Positions 38,524-48,751 of a DNA stretch of 64,000 nt are shown one piece after another; the stretch's first letter is position 1; each line of letters opens with the position of its first letter. Made by a program: the position numbers and the translations under genes. Source of the stretch: Candidatus Hydrogenedentota bacterium (GTDB lineage: Bacteria; Hydrogenedentota; Hydrogenedentia; Hydrogenedentales; SLHB01); contig CAXXTH010000023.1 of the NCBI GenBank assembly GCA_963668025.2, positions 224,001 through 288,000 of the forward strand, in the 5' to 3' direction. The notes under the pieces were generated by a model. The model worked only from the letters and a program-made list of their open reading frames with translations. It had not been told where the DNA came from and searched no databases.

Positions 38524-39738
38524 TTAGATCCAGCTTCGATCCCGCATGGCTTCAATCACTTCGCTTAATGCAATCGCCTGGGCGGCCGTGCGGCAGGACA
38601 CCTTTTTATCGCCTACCATATCCACAATGCGCTCGAATGCTGGGGTCAGCGTCTCTTTAATGGTGCAATACGTATCTTGTTTGCGCGTAACGCTGCCGGA
38701 TTTGGCATTGCGCCATTCGACATACGAGGCAATCACGCCGCCCGCATTGGCTAGAATATCGGGGACAACGGGGATGTTTTTGCTGGCCAGGATTTCGTCC
38801 GCTTCTGGCGTGATGGGCCCGTTCGCGCCTTCGACAATGAGTTTGGCGCGGACCGATTGCGCATTGTCCGCCGTGATTTGTTTTTCCATTGCCGCGGGGA
38901 CGAGTATGTCGGTGTCCAACGCCAGCAGTTCGCGGTTGGATATCGTGCTGCCGCCGATGTCGGTAACGCCGATCTCTTTGCCCGTGAGATTCCAAAGGGC
39001 GTCGAAATTCACGCCTTTTTCGTCATATACGCCGCCGTTGATATCGGAAACCGCCACGATGCGCGCGCCCGCTTCATGCAGGAAATGGACGGTCCAACGT
39101 CCCACATTGCCAAATCCTTGGACGGCTACCCGCTTGCCCTCGAGGGGCCTGGCGCTGGAATCATTCCATAACCATGCCGCGCCCAAGGCGCACGTATGGG
39201 CCACGCCGTTTCCGGTGGCTTCGTTGCGCCCGGGTAGGCCGCCAACGCGGGGCGGCTTGCCGGTCACTACTTCAGGCCGGTCGAAACGGCCGTAGATGAC
39301 GGCCATGTCCGTGGCGTCCGTACCCATGTCAGGCGCGGGAATGTAGACGCCATGTTCGAGTTCGAGGTGGAGCATGTGGCAATACTCACGCATCACGGCG
39401 GTCTTCTCGAAGCGCGTCAGTGTGGATGGATCGAGGGATATGCCCGATTTCCCGCCTCCGAACGGCAAGCCCACGAGGGATGATTTGTAGGTCATCCGTT
39501 CGGCGAGATCCCGGGTGCAGTTAATGCCCACGCTAGGCGACATGCGGATGCCCCCCTTCGCGGGCCCACGCGCAAGGCTGTGGTAGACTACATAGCAGTC
39601 TGCTTCAATAATTCGATCTGTGTGGACGCGCAAAGAAATGCTGCAATAGATTTCTTTCTCGCTGTGTTCGAGCAGGCGGCGGGCGCTTGCGGGAACGTTG
39701 ATGACGTGGCTTAGTGTTTCGAAGTCGAGAACGGGCAT
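38524..39738 (-). CDS. Glu/Leu/Phe/Val dehydrogenase (probable glutamate dehydrogenase)
   Basis: GPAKGGIR, MTYKS, FGGGKSG, PAPDMGT, TGKP..GG..GR.EATG, QGFGNVG, EGANGP, PDILANAGGV. Confidence 0.9.
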   Translation of the reverse strand: MPVLDFETLSHVINVPASARRLLEHSEKEIYCSISLRVHTDRIIEADCYVVYHSLARGPAKGGIRMSPSVGINCTRDLAERMTYKSSLVGLPFGGGKSGISLDPSTLTRFEKTAVMREYCHMLHLELEHGVYIPAPDMGTDATDMAVIYGRFDRPEVVTGKPPRVGGLPGRNEATGNGVAHTCALGAAWLWNDSSARPLEGKRVAVQGFGNVGRWTVHFLHEAGARIVAVSDINGGVYDEKGVNFDALWNLTGKEIGVTDIGGSTISNRELLALDTDILVPAAMEKQITADNAQSVRAKLIVEGANGPITPEADEILASKNIPVVPDILANAGGVIASYVEWRNAKSGSVTRKQDTYCTIKETLTPAFERIVDMVGDKKVSCRTAAQAIALSEVIEAMRDRSWI

Positions 39739-39834
39739 AAAACTATCCTCCGTATTTGGACAGGAAACAATAACGGCGGCCGCTTCGACAAAAGGGCCGC
39801 CGCACGTTTTCTGTCAGGCTAAGGCTCCGTGTGA

Positions 39835-41205
39835 TTATTTCACGTAACCGAACTCTTTTTCCACTTCCGAGATGGCTTCCTCGAGGATGGCGATGCCCTT
39901 GAGGGCCAGGCTCTCGGATATGCACAGGGGAGGCGCCAAACGCAGTTTCCCTTTTGGCGTAATGGTGAGCATGCCCCGGTTCATGGTTCGGAGGAAAACT
40001 TCCTTGCCTTCTTTATCCGCGGCCTTCTTCGTTTCGCGGTCTTGGACCAATTCCACGGTAATCAATAAGCCCAGCCCGCGCACATCGCCAATGAGCGGAT
40101 GCTTGTCTTTCATCGCATTAAGCTTATCGAGCAGCACCGCGCCCACTTTCGCGGCGTTCTCGACGACGTTGTCTTCTTCCATGGCCTCGATATGGGCCAG
40201 CGTGGCCGCCACGGCCAGGGGATTGCCGCCGAAGCTGGTCGAACCGCCGCTCGAGTTCGCAAACGGCTTGGACTCGATGATCTCATCCCGCGAGATAAGC
40301 GCGCCGACGGGGAAGCCGCAGCCCATGCCTTTGCCCATGAGCAGGATATCCGGCTCGACGCCGAAATGCTCGATGGCGAACCATTTGCCCGTGCGCCCAA
40401 AGCCGGTCAGCACTTCGTCAATGATGAGCAGGCAGCCGATTTTTTCGCAGAAGGCTTTCAGCTTCTTGAACCAGTCTAGGGGTGGGATCACGGTTCCGCC
40501 GGACCCCTGGACAGGCTCGGCGATAATGGCCGCCACCTTATCCACGACGCAGACATTGACGTATTTTTCGAGGAAATCGATGTATTGATCAGACGAGAAT
40601 TCGCCGCCGAGGCTGGGGCGGTAGCGGTTGGGATGGGGCACGAGGTGATAGCCAGGGGCCATCGGGCCAAAGCCCTTGCGGAATCCGGTTCCTTCCACTC
40701 CAAGTGCGCCGAGGGTCTTGCCGTGGAAATCATTCCAGAACGAAATGATCTCCGTGCCGCCCGTGAAGGATTTGGCAAGGCGGAAGGCCGCTTCCACGGT
40801 CTCCGTGCCGCCCGAATACAGTTGGGTGCGTTTGAGGCGGCCTGGTGACAGTTCGGCCAGTTTTTTGCAGAGTTTCCAGCGGTCCGGCACGGCATGGTCA
40901 TGCACATTCATGAGCTTGGCCGCTTGTTTGGAAAGCGCCTCGACCACCTTGGGATGGCAATGCCCCGCATTGGTCATCACGACGCCCGAGCTAAAATCGA
41001 TGTAGACATTCCCGTCCACGTCTTTCAGATACGGGCCGAAGCCCTCCTCGAGCACCAGGCGGCTCGTGTTGGTCGAGCCAGAAAGCCCTGGCGATATGTA
41101 TTCGGCCTCCTTGGCCCAAATCTCCAAAGACTTGGGGCCGGGGGACGCCGTCACCATGTGAGGGGCTTGGTCTTCACGCAGTGTTTTCAGATCGATGCTT
41201 TGCAT
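39835..41205 (-). CDS. Class III PLP-dependent aminotransferase
   Basis: DVDGN.YIDF, GHCHP, FHGKT, EPVQG.GG, DEVLTGFGRTG, GKGMGCG, DVRGLG. Confidence 0.9.
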   Translation of the reverse strand: MQSIDLKTLREDQAPHMVTASPGPKSLEIWAKEAEYISPGLSGSTNTSRLVLEEGFGPYLKDVDGNVYIDFSSGVVMTNAGHCHPKVVEALSKQAAKLMNVHDHAVPDRWKLCKKLAELSPGRLKRTQLYSGGTETVEAAFRLAKSFTGGTEIISFWNDFHGKTLGALGVEGTGFRKGFGPMAPGYHLVPHPNRYRPSLGGEFSSDQYIDFLEKYVNVCVVDKVAAIIAEPVQGSGGTVIPPLDWFKKLKAFCEKIGCLLIIDEVLTGFGRTGKWFAIEHFGVEPDILLMGKGMGCGFPVGALISRDEIIESKPFANSSGGSTSFGGNPLAVAATLAHIEAMEEDNVVENAAKVGAVLLDKLNAMKDKHPLIGDVRGLGLLITVELVQDRETKKAADKEGKEVFLRTMNRGMLTITPKGKLRLAPPLCISESLALKGIAILEEAISEVEKEFGYVK

Positions 41206-41251
41206 TCCAAAGACTCCTTTGTTATCCCGATTAGCGCGCCTATCTATGGCG

Positions 41252-42832
41252 CTATGCTCCACTTGATGCGAGGGCTTGGCCCGCCGTGCGCCAGGCTGGG
41301 CCCTTGCCAATCGCCGCGCCTTCCATAGGAGGGCATTTCGCCATGGAGCCGGATACCATCCGCTCCATCAACTCATCAAATCGCTTGTAGTTTGGCGCAT
41401 ACAAGCGATGGTTTTCTTCGTTATAGGGGGCCAAATGCACTTTGGGCGCCATGGCGGACGCGGCTTCGAGCACGCCGCTGTACAGCCCCGCGCCAGCGGC
41501 GGCCAGCACGGCCGCTCCAAGCGCGCCCACCTCGAGTTCATCCACCCGGCCCTGGGGAAGGCCCAGCACATCGCCGATAATGCCGCGCCACATGCTGCTC
41601 ACGGCCCCCCCGGCCACCACGCGCACCGATTTCACGGAAATATCCATGGCGTTGAGCACTTCGACATTTTCGCGGATGCTATACGCCACGCCCTCGAGAA
41701 TGGCCCGGTATATATGCGCTTGGGTATGGGAGAGGTTCAGCCCGTAAATGGCCCCCTTCATTTCAGGATCCCAATACGGCGCACCGCTGCCGCCAAAATG
41801 CGGGCAAAAGAGAATGCCGTCTGAGCCTGCGGGAATCGCCGCCGCCTTTTTATCCATATTGCGGTAATACGAGCCATTGTGTTCGGGCGCAAAGGTGTCG
41901 CGCCACCAGCGCAGCACCACGCCGGTCGTCATGATCGGCGCTTGGATCATCCAAAGCCCTGGCGCGACATGCATCGAGGTGGTCACCCGGCGCTCCAGAT
42001 CGACCAAAGGCCGGTTGCAGCACGTCTCCACCATAGTGGCCGTACCGAGCGACACCAGCAGCGTATCGGAGTCCACAACGCCCGCGCCCAATGCGCTGCA
42101 GCTCTGGTCAAATCCGCCCAGCATGACCGGCGTGCCTGCGAGCAAGCCGGTGGAGGTGGCCGCTTCCGCCGTGATAGCGCCTGCTGGCGAGCCGGACGCC
42201 CCTAAAGCGGGCAGTTGGCTTCGCGAAACGCCTACGGCGTCCAGTATGGGATCGCTCCAATCCAAGCGGGAGACATCAAACATCTGAGTGCGGCTCGCCG
42301 TGGAATGATCCGAGATGATCTCGCCGGTAAGGCGGAAAAATAAATAGTCTCCGGTGCATACATAATACGCCGCTTGGGCAGCCGTCTCGGGCTCATACTC
42401 CATCAGCCAGCGCAACATGCCTTGAGTCCAGCCCGGATAGTCTTGAAGCCCCGTGATTGCGAACAGTTCTTGACTGGATAAGCCCAGCGGGCGCTCCACG
42501 GCGGGCGAACGCCGGTCGAGCCAGGAGATGGCTGGCCGGAGGGGCTTCAAGTCGCCGCCCAAAGCGGCTACGGAACTCCCCTGGGAAGAGATGCTGAGCC
42601 CGGCCACTTTTCCCGGCTTGATGCCGGTGATATCCAGCACCTCGCGCACCGTTTCCGCCAAAGCGCGCCACCAGTCTTCGGTGTCTTGTTCCGCCGCATC
42701 CGGTGTGGGATGGCGCAGCGGATACTCGCGATAGGCGCACGCTTGGCGGCGTCCCTTGCAATCAAAAATCAGCGATTTGAGGCCAGTGGTTCCAGCGTCA
42801 ATGCCGATGATATAGGTTTCTTCTCTGTTCAT
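41252..42832 (-). CDS. FGGY-family carbohydrate kinase (xylulokinase-like)
   Basis: IGIDAGTT, AISWLD.R, GGFDQ, LGT, RAILEGVA. Confidence 0.9.
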   Translation of the reverse strand: MNREETYIIGIDAGTTGLKSLIFDCKGRRQACAYREYPLRHPTPDAAEQDTEDWWRALAETVREVLDITGIKPGKVAGLSISSQGSSVAALGGDLKPLRPAISWLDRRSPAVERPLGLSSQELFAITGLQDYPGWTQGMLRWLMEYEPETAAQAAYYVCTGDYLFFRLTGEIISDHSTASRTQMFDVSRLDWSDPILDAVGVSRSQLPALGASGSPAGAITAEAATSTGLLAGTPVMLGGFDQSCSALGAGVVDSDTLLVSLGTATMVETCCNRPLVDLERRVTTSMHVAPGLWMIQAPIMTTGVVLRWWRDTFAPEHNGSYYRNMDKKAAAIPAGSDGILFCPHFGGSGAPYWDPEMKGAIYGLNLSHTQAHIYRAILEGVAYSIRENVEVLNAMDISVKSVRVVAGGAVSSMWRGIIGDVLGLPQGRVDELEVGALGAAVLAAAGAGLYSGVLEAASAMAPKVHLAPYNEENHRLYAPNYKRFDELMERMVSGSMAKCPPMEGAAIGKGPAWRTAGQALASSGA

Positions 42833-42978
42833 TCGAAATCTTCTTTATTCCTCGATTTAGCTCATGCCTGCACGCGCATACGAAAATGCAAGCGTATCGT
42901 GAATGGAACCCGTACCGCATAAGTAGCGACCGTTAATGCAGTTGCGATGGATGGCCGGGGCTGCTTGCCGTTCGCCTT

Positions 42979-43027
42979 ACTCTATCGCAACAATCAAAGT
43001 ATATCATGACTGTTGGCCCAATGTCAA
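42979..43027 (-). promoter_or_regulatory. Sigma70 promoter and operator of the kinase-aminotransferase-dehydrogenase operon
   Basis: Minus strand TTGACA(43027-43022)-18-TATACT(43003-42998); operator-like actctatcgcaacaat at 42979-42994. Confidence 0.6.
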
Positions 43028-43076
43028 TGCTTTTGATAGATAGAGTTCAATAAACTCGTATGCTGGTTCGGAACAG

Positions 43077-43110
43077 AAACGGCCGCTTCCTTGATAGGAA
43101 GCAGCCGTTT
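43077..43110 (-). terminator. Hairpin terminator after the DUF1559 gene
   Basis: aaacggccgcttcct-tgat-aggaagcagccgttt. Confidence 0.65.
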
Positions 43111-43133
43111 GCGGTGAAAGATTTCCGAGGGCC

Positions 43134-44225
43134 TCAGCCATATCCGCCCGCGCGGCAGAAGTCCGTCAGCGCCCACCGGGCGGCCGGGGTGAGATTCGAC
43201 GGGGCAAGCTTCGTGTCTGATGTGATGGTGATGCAAGGCACTTTGCTCTGGAACCGGAGGAATTCCACATGTCCATCCATATACAACACATTCGAGCCGC
43301 TTGGAATATGGTTGAACGAGGCGGCGGTGTTGGCTCCACCCGCGACCCATCCGCTCGTATCCGCCCAATGATCCCACATGACAGGCAGGGTGCTTTGGCC
43401 AACGCTGCCGGAAGCGGGATTATTGATGTCGGTGATGAAGAACCGTTCGACGCCTTCGCGAAGGCGGTGGTAGGTTGTGGGCAGGTAATTGCCGTCATCA
43501 TCGGCCCACTGGGTGCTATACTGTGCGCCTTTGCCTTTTCCTAGCGCATAGGAATTGGGATACCGGCCAAAGTCTTTGCGGATATAGGTCCAATCCGCAG
43601 GGCCGTTGCAGGCCGTGATGTCGGCGGTAGCCACATATCCCTCGTTGGCGGCGGTACCTTGTACAAAATCAGGCGAATTGGCGTATGCCCAGCCAATACC
43701 GTAGTAAATATCCACGATTTGGCCCATGGTTTTGCATGCATACGGCATGTAGATGTAGGATACGGGCCATGATAAAATCGCATTGCGGATTGCTGTGCTT
43801 TGCCAAGAGCTTCCCGTTATTTCTTTTACTTGGGCTGTTATATCCGTTTCGATGCCCACGGTGCTTTTAAAGCCCTCTGCAGCGCTGCCATTCCACATAG
43901 GCGGTTTGGTGTCGCGCGAGTCCGATGGGCAAATCATGATGGCGGCGTCATTCCAATAATCCGGAAATAATGCTTCCGCATCTACGCCCATTGTCCAGGC
44001 GAATGCGCCCGGCCGAAAACCGGGGCCTTCGGGGAATAGGCTTTTGTTTTCCCCCGAATACATCTTGAAAATGATGCCCCATTGCTTCAAATTGCTTGCA
44101 CAAGAAGCGCGCCGGGCCGCTTCCCGCGCCCGGGCGAGAGCGGGCAGCAGGATGGCCGCCAGTATGGCGATAATGGCAATCACCACGAGCAGCTCGATTA
44201 GTGTGAAACCTCTCCTTCTTCTCAT
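43134..44225 (-). CDS. DUF1559 prepilin-type protein with H-X9-DG motif (A)
   Basis: [31 protein letters not shown]; [17 protein letters not shown]. Confidence 0.92.
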   Translation of the reverse strand: MRRRRGFTLIELLVVIAIIAILAAILLPALARAREAARRASCASNLKQWGIIFKMYSGENKSLFPEGPGFRPGAFAWTMGVDAEALFPDYWNDAAIMICPSDSRDTKPPMWNGSAAEGFKSTVGIETDITAQVKEITGSSWQSTAIRNAILSWPVSYIYMPYACKTMGQIVDIYYGIGWAYANSPDFVQGTAANEGYVATADITACNGPADWTYIRKDFGRYPNSYALGKGKGAQYSTQWADDDGNYLPTTYHRLREGVERFFITDINNPASGSVGQSTLPVMWDHWADTSGWVAGGANTAASFNHIPSGSNVLYMDGHVEFLRFQSKVPCITITSDTKLAPSNLTPAARWALTDFCRAGGYG

Positions 44226-44382
44226 TTTCAGCCTCCTTCTTGGGTTGTTTGGCGGCCCCTCTCTCTCCGTCATGACAATATGAGTCCAGATCTGGGAGCC
44301 ATTTTGGGAACATATCTTCAAATGGAATCTCGTAACCCTAGCGAATCATGAAGATCATGTTAAACTGTATTAGCCGTGTTTA

Positions 44383-44411
44383 AGTCTATCATTTCTGTTG
44401 CCGCTTGTCAA
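44383..44411 (-). promoter_or_regulatory. Promoter for DUF1559 A
   Basis: Minus strand TTGACA-17-TAGACT with TG extension; overlaps half-site agtctatc. Confidence 0.6.
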
Positions 44412-44706
44412 TGCCTTTTAAGGCGGCTGTCTCGGTAAACGCAACAAGCAGGATGATCGCTCGATCTATATATTCTACGAATAGTTTACCTGAATTTATG
44501 CCAGGCCGTCAGAATGAAGATAGGCATGGGGAGGTTAATTTTCCGAAATACTGTCAGATTTCATAAGATTTTTACCTTATTATGGGTTTTTGCTGTATGT
44601 AGCAGCGGATTGGGGAATATATAAAGGGCATTCATTCCTTCCGCAAAACCTATAATTCCTCCACTCCAAGCTTCTGATGAGTTCTTTCATCTGGTATATA
44701 ATTCCC

Positions 44707-44735
44707 TTGACACAATCGATACTCTGGTATAGGAT
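44707..44735 (+). promoter_or_regulatory. Promoter for DUF1559 B with operator in the spacer
   Basis: TTGACA-17-TAGGAT; acacaatcgatactct at 44710-44725. Confidence 0.6.
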
Positions 44736-44973
44736 ATAGAATGTGTTCAGTGCAAAATTCACGGAAAAGTAGAATGCGCCTGTAGTGGCGATGGCCTTAT
44801 ATCTGCATTTTTGAGTTTCTATATATAGACTGTTGGCCGTTTCACTATATCTAGGACGCCGTTCCCCCGCTGGAGGAGGAGGATAGACGGCAAATCACAT
44901 CCAATCATCTACAGCATGTGATTCATCGAGTCTCGCTTATAAGAGTTTCTTCACATGGGAGGAGGCAAATCGG

Positions 44974-46062
44974 ATGACTCAAAAAGGATTCACGCTCATT
45001 GAACTGTTGGTAGTGATTGCCATTATTGCGATACTTGCGGCAATTTTGCTACCGGCATTAGCCCGGGCGCGGGAAGCGGCCCGCCGCGCCTCTTGCGCCA
45101 GCAACCTCAAGCAATTCGGCGTTATATTCAAGATGTATTCAAACGAGAACAAGGGCAAATTCCCGCCGATGGCGGACGTGTCCCGGATCCCACCCACCTG
45201 GCAAATGGGTGGTTACATGCTGGGATTTGACGGTGGCGAGTTGTACCCTGATTATTGGAATGATCCGTCGATTGCGCGGTGTCCATCCGATGCGGCAGGC
45301 GATTATGTCGGCACGGACATGTTTAAAATGGAATCCGACTTTACGGAGATGATTAGCCGCGTATCCAAGTCTGCTACTGGCACTGCGGATGCGAAGAAGT
45401 ATTGTATCGAGTCTCTCCTTTCCGTGCCGATCTCTTATTGTTATCTTGGCTATCTGATGACAACAGAATCCCAAATCGCGGATTATGCCTGGTCGAAAGC
45501 CATGTTCTGGATTCCGTCATCAAATTCTAAAATCATGGGAAGCACGGTATGCACGTTTACAAGCATTGACATCTCCGCGGTAGATGCATCGGCATGCGGA
45601 ACGGGCGCCTACACGTGTTCCTGCAAATTGCCGGAAACGGTGAAGTCTCTCTACAAGGGGGCTGGGTTTAAAGACAACGATGGAACGACCGCCCTTCCTG
45701 ACAACTATATCTCTCTGAAGGAAGGCGTCGAACGTTTCCGCATCACGGATATCAATAATCCTGCGTCGGGAGCCACCGGGCAAAGCACATTGCCCGTCAT
45801 GTGGGACGCATATGTGAACAGCGCCACCCATGCGGCCACTGTTCTTGGGCGGGGAGATACTGGCATTCCCCGGTTTAACCACGTACCGAGCGGCTCGAAT
45901 GTCCTGTATATGGATGGCCATGTGGCATTCGCCCGGTTGAACACGGCCGTGCCCATCCGTACCGAATTTCTGGTCACCTCGTTGGCGGGTACGCTTATTG
46001 CCGAAATGAATAAACAGAATTATTGGCAATGGACGCTCTCGTATATGGGCGGCATGGGGTAA
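44974..46062 (+). CDS. DUF1559 prepilin-type protein with H-X9-DG motif (B)
   Basis: [30 protein letters not shown]; [17 protein letters not shown]; RBS GGAGG. Confidence 0.92.
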   Translation: MTQKGFTLIELLVVIAIIAILAAILLPALARAREAARRASCASNLKQFGVIFKMYSNENKGKFPPMADVSRIPPTWQMGGYMLGFDGGELYPDYWNDPSIARCPSDAAGDYVGTDMFKMESDFTEMISRVSKSATGTADAKKYCIESLLSVPISYCYLGYLMTTESQIADYAWSKAMFWIPSSNSKIMGSTVCTFTSIDISAVDASACGTGAYTCSCKLPETVKSLYKGAGFKDNDGTTALPDNYISLKEGVERFRITDINNPASGATGQSTLPVMWDAYVNSATHAATVLGRGDTGIPRFNHVPSGSNVLYMDGHVAFARLNTAVPIRTEFLVTSLAGTLIAEMNKQNYWQWTLSYMGGMG

Positions 46063-46191
46063 TGCCGTGGCATGTAATACCTGCGCGGTCCAGCCCTATA
46101 TGGGTCATGCGAGGAGCGTCGTATGAATGCGGGCAAGAGAATCCCTAGAAGGCTTAGCGCGGCATGGCCGCAACCAAAGATCCGGATTCAG

Positions 46192-46267
46192 GACCACTAA
46201 ACATACTCAATACACTAAAATTTTGAGGGGTAGGGTGGGGCTTGCCCCACCGTTCAAAGGATTCATC
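46192..46267 (+). repeat. Composite repeat containing REP family A copy 3
   Basis: gaccactaaacatactcaatacactaaaa...gtagggtggggcttgccccaccgttcaaaggattcatc; matches 56727-56800. Confidence 0.85.
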
Positions 46268-46488
46268 GACCAAAATACTATGAAAAGTCGTAGGTTCTAA
46301 CTAGTTAAAATATATTGATTTACACGGGAAATCCTCGCAAGAAAACAACGTTTTGCCAGATAGTAGTACGAATAGCGGAATGACCGCGATGCGTAGCCAG
46401 GGATGCCCGCGCTATTACCGGGCATACCCGGCGGGACTAACCTGGCGGTTCGCAAGGTGGTGTAGACCATGAACGATCGGAGTGGGAT

Positions 46489-48429
46489 ATGATCGCGGCA
46501 TTCATGTGCATATTGGCGGGATTTGGTGCGGAAGAGGAATCGTTCGTCCCTATCGAAGGCATGACTCTCGTGGGGCCAGTCATGCCTGGCGAGGCCGTGA
46601 CGCTTGCCATTACGCATTTTACTGCCGAAGTGGCCCGCATGACGGGACAGGCCCTTCCTGTGATGTTTGGAGCCGCGCCTGCCGATGGGCGCGTACTCAT
46701 CGTTGGCAATCGGAGCGATTCCGCTGCCGCCCTGATACGGACCGAAGGCGTTCAACGTGATGACGACATCGCCAAGCAGTCATACCAAATAAGCCTGCTT
46801 CAGCGAGAGCCGGGCCGCATTCTCGCGGCAGGACTTGGAGACACCGGTACGGCGCGCGGCTACCTCGGGCTTAGTTATGCGCTGGGCGAACTGCTGCGCC
46901 GGCTCGACCTCCGCGATGGCCGCTGGGGCTTCACATTGCCGGCGGAGCCCATCGTCTCTTCACCCAAAATGCCGAACCGCTCCCTGTACATCATGAACAG
47001 CGCGAGTTGGTCGGCGGCGGGACTGTCGTTGGATTATGAAGATAAAGCGGCAATCGAGGCCTATGTCAATGCGATTATAGACGCGCGTTATTCTCGAATT
47101 AGCCTTTGGCAGTGGTATCATATCTACCTCTACCCCGGTAATTTTGACGAGCGCCGCGCCGACAACCAGCGGATTCATCGAGGAATGCGGCATCTTTTCG
47201 AGTACGCCCGGCGTCGCGGGCTCGAAGCCTACCACATGCTCACGCCGATTCACGCCAATCCCGATCTCCTCCCCAACGACCCAAAGTTCGCCGCTACGGG
47301 CTACTACGGCCGGACGAGCATTTGCTGGTCGCAGCCCGAGGGGCGGGCGATGGCGCGGAATGTCGCGCAGCACGAAATGGAGTACTACGGGCCGGTCGAC
47401 GGATATATCGTCTGGTTCTATGATCCAGGTGGCTGTTTCTGCGCGGACTGCCGTAAAAACCAGGGCAAGAATTTGTTCGAGCAGTTGATGCTCGTGAGCG
47501 ATCTTGCGAAAACCATCAGCCCCGGAGCGCAGTTAGAAGCATGCCTGTGGCCGACTTGGTGTTTCCACGAGCCTCAATGGGGTATTAACTTTCCACGGGA
47601 GGATGTGAAGGCCTTTGTACACGAGTTTCTGGAGAAGGCCCTCGCGCAGTTTGGCCCGCGCAATCTTACCATTATGGATAGCTGTGACAGCTCTTTTACG
47701 AATTATGAATTCGTGATCTATGATGGTACGGTGAAACCGGACGAGTTCAAGCGTAATGCATTCATGCATCGGGTTCTCGGCACGCCTGGCGAAGCGTCCT
47801 ATCCGTTCTCGCCGTTCAAATTCCGGTATATCGCGGATGTCATGGGCATGGCTCGAGGCCGTGGACTCGAGGAAGCCTTGTTCAGCGCCATCTACATCGG
47901 CAGCACGTTCCCGTCGGTTTTTGCCTGCGCGGATACGCTGTGGGAAGACGATGCTGCCTCGGAGGCGACACTGCGGCGTTGCGCGGCAAGCATGGCCAAA
48001 GGCGAGGCGCTGGAGCCATTCGTGGCGGCGCTAACGGCGCTGGAGGATCTCGACGAAGCCAAAACCTACGCCGCCAAAGATGCCGCCTTGGTTCGTGCGG
48101 AGACTGCTTGGAAGGCGGTCGAGGCAAGTTCGCATTTCTACGCGCGTAAGGATTGGATGAGCGGCTACCTCGAAGCGCATCGCCGGTATCTTGAGATGGC
48201 TCGGGCGAAAGACGAGGAGGCTTACGCTCGTGAATTCGAGTTGTTTCGTAAGAATGTGGGAGCGTATCCCATGTATGCCGATTATGTCCGTACAACGTTT
48301 ACAGCGGAATTATGCGGCAAGATGCATGTGCCCGGTTATTGGCGTGGAGCAGTGGGAGACACGAGCACGATCGGCTCAGACGGCGCGGAGCTGCAGAAAT
48401 GGATTGGCGTGCCTGACGCGAAGCTATAA
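46489..48429 (+). CDS. Uncharacterised protein, WFYDPxGCxC family paralog 2
   Basis: LGLSYALGELLRRLD, EMEYYGPVDGYIVWFYDPGGCFCADC, LWPTWCF; colinear with 32946-34883. Confidence 0.78.
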   Translation: MIAAFMCILAGFGAEEESFVPIEGMTLVGPVMPGEAVTLAITHFTAEVARMTGQALPVMFGAAPADGRVLIVGNRSDSAAALIRTEGVQRDDDIAKQSYQISLLQREPGRILAAGLGDTGTARGYLGLSYALGELLRRLDLRDGRWGFTLPAEPIVSSPKMPNRSLYIMNSASWSAAGLSLDYEDKAAIEAYVNAIIDARYSRISLWQWYHIYLYPGNFDERRADNQRIHRGMRHLFEYARRRGLEAYHMLTPIHANPDLLPNDPKFAATGYYGRTSICWSQPEGRAMARNVAQHEMEYYGPVDGYIVWFYDPGGCFCADCRKNQGKNLFEQLMLVSDLAKTISPGAQLEACLWPTWCFHEPQWGINFPREDVKAFVHEFLEKALAQFGPRNLTIMDSCDSSFTNYEFVIYDGTVKPDEFKRNAFMHRVLGTPGEASYPFSPFKFRYIADVMGMARGRGLEEALFSAIYIGSTFPSVFACADTLWEDDAASEATLRRCAASMAKGEALEPFVAALTALEDLDEAKTYAAKDAALVRAETAWKAVEASSHFYARKDWMSGYLEAHRRYLEMARAKDEEAYAREFELFRKNVGAYPMYADYVRTTFTAELCGKMHVPGYWRGAVGDTSTIGSDGAELQKWIGVPDAKL

Positions 48430-48582
48430 CCAACGGTGAGAGAAACCGTCTCTAGCGCCGAGGCTCTAAATTCTGGCCGGGAAACGCATGCGGAATGCGA
48501 TGTTTTATTGGGGTATTGCGGTGTTGACTAGATGCAATGACTTGATGAGGCTCAAGTAACTGGCTGCTGGCGTGGCGCGCAT

Positions 48583-48628
48583 GGTCTATCGATACACTAT
48601 TGACGAAGTCTAGGAATCATGATACACT
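48583..48628 (+). promoter_or_regulatory. Operator + sigma70 promoter
   Basis: ggtctatcgatacact abutting TTGACG-17-TACACT. Confidence 0.75.
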
Positions 48629-48751
48629 TAGTGTTGCTATCGTTCCTTGTTGCCTGTGCAGTAGTTTAAAAATGCGTATTGTGCAGAAACAGAATAGTTG
48701 TTAAGAGAGAGTGGGGAAGGGTACGTAAAACTAACAAAAGGAGGGTTGATT

